A stretch of 59,981 nucleotides of DNA, the filler included, from Bipalium vagum (lineage: Eukaryota), in the NCBI GenBank assembly GCA_037834085.1. It is 3 parts of 3 records of this genome, joined end to end, with 100 filler letters (N's around TTAATTAATTAA, not from the genome) between each part and the next. Parts side by side here need not be neighbours in the genome. Positions count along the whole stretch, not along the records: positions 43,091 to 59,981 come from JBBMKC010087912.1; 2 more parts are not named here. One strand, given 5' to 3'. Under the pieces are notes generated by a model. It did not search any database and had not been told where the DNA came from. It was given only the letters and a program-made list of their open reading frames with translations. Below are positions 53,451 through 59,981 of this stretch, piece after piece (the stretch's first letter is position 1; each line of letters begins with the position of its first letter). The position numbers were made by a program, and so were the translations under genes.

Positions 53451-54999
53451 TAAAAATAACTATTATTCAGATCATTGAATTAATTTTTGTAATTATAATT
53501 TATAAAGTACTTACTTTCAAGAAAATAAATAAGTAAATAAAATGTGAATAATTTCAAAAATTTGATAAAATCGATAAATGAAACTTTCTCAAAACATTTA
53601 GTTGAACTTCTTGAAAATATATTGATTAAAATTTGTATTTAGAAAATTGCATATTGCTCTTGGACGTATAATAAAAGAAATATACAATTTTTAGAATATC
53701 AAAAGACATTGGAAACCGAAGCCACTAAATGAAAAAAAATAAAAGCAAGTGAATTAAATTTTTTAAAAATGAAAATTTTGAATGAAAAATTGGCGAAAAT
53801 TTATAAACATTAAAGAATTAAAAGAAAAACAAAAATTGTATTTTAGAGTTAGAATATTAAGTAGCACCTATTTAACATTATTTTTGCAGTATCTCACTAT
53901 TCTTTTGATTCTTCAAAAAAATTAAAATATTTATATTTATTTATATTTTATTTCTACAACGGATATATTTTATTAATATATTTTCTTAAATACTTATTAT
54001 TTATTTTTTTGATTTTCTAAATACTTTGAAATAAAGAGTTTTAAGTCGTTTCATAGCTTGATAAATCTTTCAAAAATAAAAGGAGTTGATTGATTTAAAC
54101 AAAAATAAAATTGGGACCTTAACATTGTTTTGAAAGAGTGATGAATGATGAAGATTGAAAATAGAGAGATGGATGGTATTAGTTATTTTTACTTTTTTAT
54201 GTTTTTATATTTCAGGAAATTTACTAATTATTAAAATAAAAAAATATATTTAAATTACCATAAATATTAGAATTGTCAGTTCAGTAAAAATTTATTTTTC
54301 CATTTATTAATTATATTCGAAGACATTATTTAAAGCTTTTTCCAATTTTTCAATAAAGAAATAATATCCATAATAATCACTTCAAATGAAATCAATAAAT
54401 AAAGATTGTGTACATTTCTTTTTAACAATCTGGTCATTTTATAAGGGTTATACAATACGAATATTTTATCGACTTGTTTTAATCTCTGTCTATAAAATAA
54501 ATTATAAATTGAATTTGTACGTCATTCAAATCATCAAAGATAGAGGGAGAAAGCTTACTTTACCACGAAATGATCATATACTACGAGCGTCTCATATTGG
54601 AGAATTGTTTAATCGAATTTATCTATAGCGTAATTTATTTACAAAAGGGTTACAAATATAAAACTTTTCCATAAAAATTCAAAAAACATTTAATTAAATA
54701 ACTCAGGTCTTTGTTCGATCGATCGAATTCATATCTCCACAAATATCAGAACCTTAATTGATCAAAAGAGTTGCTTTATATAGAAAAAAGAACTTTAGCA
54801 GAGTATGATATATCAGCAAGAAATATTGTGCTTTGGATTCCGTCATGCGTGGAGGATGAAACCCAAAAAGTGTGATTAAAGTTTAACGCTTTTGCAAATA
54901 TCTCAAGTAGAATTGAGAATATTACATGTTTATGTAATTATTTTATAGCATTTCCAGTATCATTTCATATATTTCAATTATCCTTTCATAACATGTGAT

Positions 55000-56207
55000 G
55001 TTTTAGGTATAAAGTGTTTTTGCTTATATGTTGAAATAAAAATCAATTTGTTTGAATAATATCTAATTAGTTGTGTTATCATTTAAATTTTCATAATAAT
55101 GTTAATAAATTCTAAATTTATAGATCTAAATATGTCAACATTTACATAGTAAAGAACACTTGCGGGAAGTTCTCATTCATTACTTCATGATGAACAAAAC
55201 TGCCGCAGGATATTATGTGATGTTTATGGAAAACGTGTAGTATATCAGGACACATGCGAGCGTTGGTTTCACTCCTTCAGAAGTAATGATTTCTGAGTAA
55301 AGGATAAACAACGCCCAGACCGTTCTTCCAAATTTAAAAACCTCTATTTACAAAATTTATTGGATGAAGATGTCTGTCGATCGCAAAATCAACTTGCCAT
55401 AAGATTAGTAATACCCAGCAAGCAATGCAATTATTTGACATGGGTAAGAATTTAAAGGAAAGAAAGAGGGTAGCTCATCAATTGAATGAAAGACAACTAG
55501 AAAACTGAAAAATAGTCAATGACATGCTCTTACAACAGCACGAAAGAAAGTCTTTCTTCCATAGACTATTGACAGGAGATGGAAAGCGGATCTATTTTGA
55601 AAATCCCAAAAGTACAAAGCATGGGTTAACCCAGGTCAACCATAAAAAAAAACTACAAGACCAAACCGCTTTGGAAAGAAAAAAAATGCTCTGCGTTTGG
55701 TGGGATCAGCAAGGCGTGGTGTACCATGAGATTCTCAAACCAGGTGAAAGTGTTAATTCGGAGAGATACCAAAACCAAATATCCCTGCTGACTCAGTCTT
55801 TAATAGTTAAGCGTCCAGAATAAACATGGCAGAGTAATTCTTCTTTATGGCAATGCCACACCTCAAAAAGCAGTTAAAAGCATGTTAAAAGATATGAAAT
55901 GGGAAGTATTTCCCCACGCGCTTTATTCACCAGATCTTGCTTCTTCCGATTTTTATCTATTCCGTTCAGCGGTATATGGACTTCCTGAGCAACACTTCAA
56001 ATTGTACAAAGGTGTCCAAAATTGGGTCTCTGGGTGATTTGCTTCGAAACCAGAAAAATTCTTTTGGAATGGTATCCATAAACTGACTGAAAGAAAGAAG
56101 AAATGTGTCGATAACAATGGCTATTATTTTGAATAAATTATTTTTGTTTTAAAATAACCATGCTTCGGTTATTAAAAAAAATCTGCATTATTTATTTGTA
56201 CCCATAA
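55000..56207 (+). mobile_element. Near full-length decayed mariner (mauritiana/Mos1-like)
   Basis: Translation gives KEHLREVLIHYF..KTAA, SFFHRLLTGDGKRIYFENPK, MLCVWWDQQGVVYHEILKPGESVN..RYQNQ, LYGNATP and YSPDLASSDFYLFRS. A right TIR-like end lies at about 56185-56207; the left boundary is approximate. Confidence 0.92.
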
Positions 56208-56858
56208 TATATTATTTCATTGTTATATATTTAAAATTTAAAAAGAAGAAATATGACAATTAACAATGATATAAGAAGTTTGTTAATTAAAAAGTAATAC
56301 AAGAAGATATTAGCGTAGTTCAAGCATACAGAGAGCTTTGTATTATTAAAAATTTTTAAAATTATGATAGAGTAGAAAAAGTAAAGAAAAATAATAAAAG
56401 AGAAAAGAAGAAAAACGAATATATGCCTATATTCAATAGAAACCCAAATTTCTATCGAAAACACAATAATTCTTAATAGTCTTAAAAAGATGTGTTTTAA
56501 GACTATCGTTGCTAAAGATTAGAGTAGATTAATGTGAAGAAACTGTGCGTTGGCTATGAATGAACATTTAGTTGATCAATATATTTAGAAACTTTCCTTG
56601 TGTCTTAAAATAATGGATTTTTTGTATTTTGGAATTACTTTTTTGAAAAATATGAAATGATAATTGAAATGCTATAAATAATAATGCTACTAATTAATTA
56701 ATTAACCAGGATAATTACATGGAAAAACCTGAAACCATTATTTATTTTTATTTGATGAACAAATTCGAAGAATTTTATTTAAAAAGATTGAGTTTAAATT
56801 AGCAAGATATTGGCAAATTTGCATAGATTTCGTAATTTTGAATAAAGAACCTACCAAC

Positions 56859-56947
56859 CTAGACCAAGCATAATCATACCAACGCATGACCCTTCTTTGA
56901 AGATCTTTTGGAACATTATGTACTCGCATATAATTTTTAGCATTGTC
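56859..56947 (-). CDS. cngl: CNG-like channel exon (C-linker)
   Basis: ttttactgtag|DNAKNYMRVHNVPKDLQRRVMRWYDYAWS-AG|gttggt; phase 0 in, phase 2 out, followed by a 9219-nt intron. Confidence 0.95.
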
Positions 56948-58479
56948 CTACAGTAAAATAATGAATCAATCTTATTTAATAACGAAAAAATATAAATTTT
57001 ATTTGTAAGAATGAACTTTACCATTTGTTTGATTAATAATTTATATTTATAATTAATGAAATAAAATTTGTAGAAATAGAAATATGTCTGTCCGACTATA
57101 TTCCAATATTAATGATCTTTTTTCTTGAGAAAAATCGAAAGTTGGTTTAAAACGAAATTATGTTAATTATAAATTCTATAAAAAATAAAGTATATAATAC
57201 ATATGTATTTCCGCTGTTATATTAAAAAAAATAAAAAAAAATATTTCATATATCTATTAATCGATATAAAAGTTATGAAGCGTTTGAAAAGAAATTTTCA
57301 CATGAAGAGTTTATGCAAAATTTAATAAATCATGAATTCCTTGTTTAATTAATATCTATTTTTTAATCTTATGTGAGCGTAAAACTATTCGTATCTGATC
57401 AAATTTTATATATAAAGTAATTGTCAGATCGAAAGTATTCCTCGGTTAAATGCTCCAAAGTCAGTAGTATCAAATGTAATTATTTGATTACAAATATTAG
57501 GTTACCAAAAAATTTTCCGCCGACTTATTTTATTAAAAATGTTATTTTATCAATAAGAATTTTGGATCATTTTTTTTTGACGATGGTAATGGGTATTCCA
57601 TCTTTTTAAGGGAAAACAGTCTGTTATTACTATAATTATTACACGAAAAATTTCATAAATTACAATAGACATTTTTCTATTAGAAGAAAATCCTTTTTTG
57701 AGAAATTCAAAGTACTCTAAATGTGTCCATTTAGAAAAGTAACACTTTTGTACCATCTTTTTTTCATATTTCTTTTTGATCTTCACTTAGTTTACTTCTC
57801 CCTTTTCCACAAATCTTTGGCAGTGCGGAATACAACAAATACTCATCATTCACACACAAAAAGGGAAACCAAGACTTATCTGAGTGCAGAATGGAGAATT
57901 CACAACTCCCTTAACACACCAGTCCCTAAATAAATAAAAGATAAAAATAAAGATAATTTGTTTACGTTCTGGGACATAGCTGTGAAGCTGGAAGGGCAGA
58001 TTATAAAAGTCAATTCCTAAAGACACGGGCGTTTCAAAATCTGCAGTTATTAATTTCTATGCAGAAATGAGGAAGAAATGTGAGATATTTTCTTGAAAAA
58101 TTCAATAAAAATTGGACAGCCCATGTCCTCAATTGTTTAAAGATGAAATTTATATTCATCAAACTGTCAACCAAAAGATGAATTTTGTTGACAGAGAGAC
58201 AGATGCTTACTCGAAAATTGAATTGATTTAGGGGAAAACTATGGTGATCTCTTGGAATTATATCTAAATGAATGAATGTGGTGCTATAATATTCAATCGA
58301 GAAACAGCAAATCAATTTTTTATTTGATAAATTTGCCTTTGTTATTTTTTTTTGTGATTCGTTTCAAGTCTCTCTCTTTTGAATGGCGAATCGTATCAAG
58401 TATGTTTTTTGACCGAGTCGGTAAAAAAAAACATGATCCAAAATCTTTAATAATTTGATAAATTAATCAATAAATCATT

Positions 58480-59140
58480 ATATATAATAAAATATGTATT
58501 TTCAACTAAAAGATAGATTTAAAGAATATCTCTTCACGTAACCCTCACATGAGAAATGTGATGTTCTATCCGTTTTGTCGCTTTTCAAATGCTTTAGAGA
58601 CCACCCGAAATATCTGTCCAGTATATAGAAATTCTGCATATGAAAGGACAGCTCGCAAATGATTTGTTTCCTTCAGTGGAAATAATTTCAACTTTGAGAA
58701 TTTATCAGTCTGTTGATCCCAAAAAATTGGATAACTCGCATTTGAGACTATTAATTGTTTGTAATCCAAATATGGGGTCTCATGAGTTGGGACAAACTCT
58801 TGGCAAACAACACACAAAAAATTTAACCCATGTGAAGTCTATTGGAAAGTTAAATTTGCTTGCTGTCTGTAACTTCCAAATCCACCATCTAGTTCTGACA
58901 TTGGTCAACCAGACTTGCATTTATTTAGATCGATACAACAAGTCTTGAAAGGGTGGCAATTCAAAGATAAGAGTGCTATCGAAAAGGCATCGGAAGTTTT
59001 CTTGAATGACAAAATAAGTTCTTCAGAGATTGAATTTACTGTTTACCACAAAGGCGGGTAAATGGAATTTATTGTATTGAATTATTCTTTAAATTCAAAA
59101 CATGTTTAATTTTAATTGGAACTTTGAATTATATAAATAT
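58480..59140 (+). mobile_element. Internally deleted decayed mariner
   Basis: Translation gives AYERTARK*F..F and LPNPPSSSDIGQPDLHLFRSIQQVLKGWQFKD. Confidence 0.7.
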
Positions 59141-59301
59141 AATACAATTTAAATTTAAAAAAATGAAACAATACTTTAATAAACACAAAAAATTTTAAAA
59201 ATGTTTTTTAATATTTAATAATTATACATAATAAAATATAAACCTTAATCTTTTCTTGTATTAAATAATAATTGATTAATATAAAAAGGAAAAAATCCTA
59301 C

Positions 59302-59363
59302 CAAAATCTTCTCAAATTCTAAGCGATTGGCATTTCTATTCGTTATGACGTTGCCCACTTGAC
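59302..59363 (-). CDS. cngl: CNG-like channel exon (end of S6, start of C-linker), absent from the ORF track
   Basis: tttctttccag|(G)QVGNVITNRNANRLEFEKIL|gtagga. As I recall it, this matches the invertebrate cngl-type GQVGNVITNRNANRLEFE. Confidence 0.93.
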
Positions 59364-59912
59364 CTGGAAAGAAAAGTAAGTTATACCTAGCTTAATAAAA
59401 TTTTAAACAAATTTAATAATTTTTATTAATAATATTAATTTTTATTATTTACTTTATAAACATTAAAATTTTAGTTGTATTATTTATTTTAAAATATTAT
59501 TGTTTTATTATTATTTTAATTATTTAAAACGTATTAAAAATTATTTCTTATATTTTCCAATGATATTGTTATTATTTTATATTTAAAACGTATAATTTTA
59601 TTTTCTGTGATAATATTTTCATCAATATGAAGAATCTTCAGCACTCAATAGTTAACATGAAGACTGAATTTTACCTATAATTTGGCTGTCTTGATAAAAA
59701 TTATTTGGAAATGAAGATTCAATGTCATTATTAATATCTTCATTTGCTGAGAACATAGGCTGAAAATTAACTTCAATTTTCATAAACGAATTTTCTCTTC
59801 ACCTATGAAAATAATTTGACATTTTCTCCAAATAAAATAAACAATAATTAATTACATATTTATTAAAGAGGGATTATTATTTTTCCTCGTTTTTATTCAC
59901 TATATATAGACT

Positions 59913-59981
59913 ATAATAATAATAACAATAATAATAATAATAATAATAGTAATAATAATAATAACAATAATAATAATAATA
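59913..59981. repeat. (AAT)n microsatellite running off the window
   Basis: Directly visible, with a few AAC/AGT interruptions. Confidence 0.95.

Noticed and set aside
57780-57945. Acceptor/donor-bounded segment inside a CNG intron
   Set aside because: The flanking CNG exons already join seamlessly, and the segment has no recognisable product.
1-59981. CRISPR arrays, rRNA, tRNA or prokaryotic operons
   Set aside because: There is no repeat-spacer periodicity or RNA gene signature, and the sequence is intron-containing eukaryotic DNA.

Overview
Very AT-rich eukaryotic genomic DNA with introns and four assembly gaps. Composition, a 61-nt intron, an innexin and dense Tc1/mariner debris suggest an invertebrate, plausibly a triclad planarian (inference only). 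Three spliced minus-strand genes could be reconstructed by hand. (1) A divergent Fos/ATF3-like bZIP factor at about 10.7-12.6 kb, in a transposon-free island. (2) An innexin with two coding exons, 35000-35639 and 27227-27638; the N-terminal exon is not visible. (3) Four internal exons of a CNG-like (cngl-type) cyclic nucleotide-gated channel between 46286 and 59363; its 5' part is outside the window and its 3' part is missing. Most of the remainder is decayed Tc1/mariner-superfamily DNA of several lineages, MITE-like derivatives and microsatellites. Two identical 100-bp N44-TTAATTAATTAA-N44 spacers are artificial scaffold joins, and they separate the three genes from one another. Unexplained structure includes a 343-bp diverged tandem duplication, a decayed multi-exon island at about 20.8-22.1 kb, and a uORF cluster in the putative first exon of the bZIP gene. 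I found no convincing wholly new biological system, and no CRISPR array, rRNA or tRNA.
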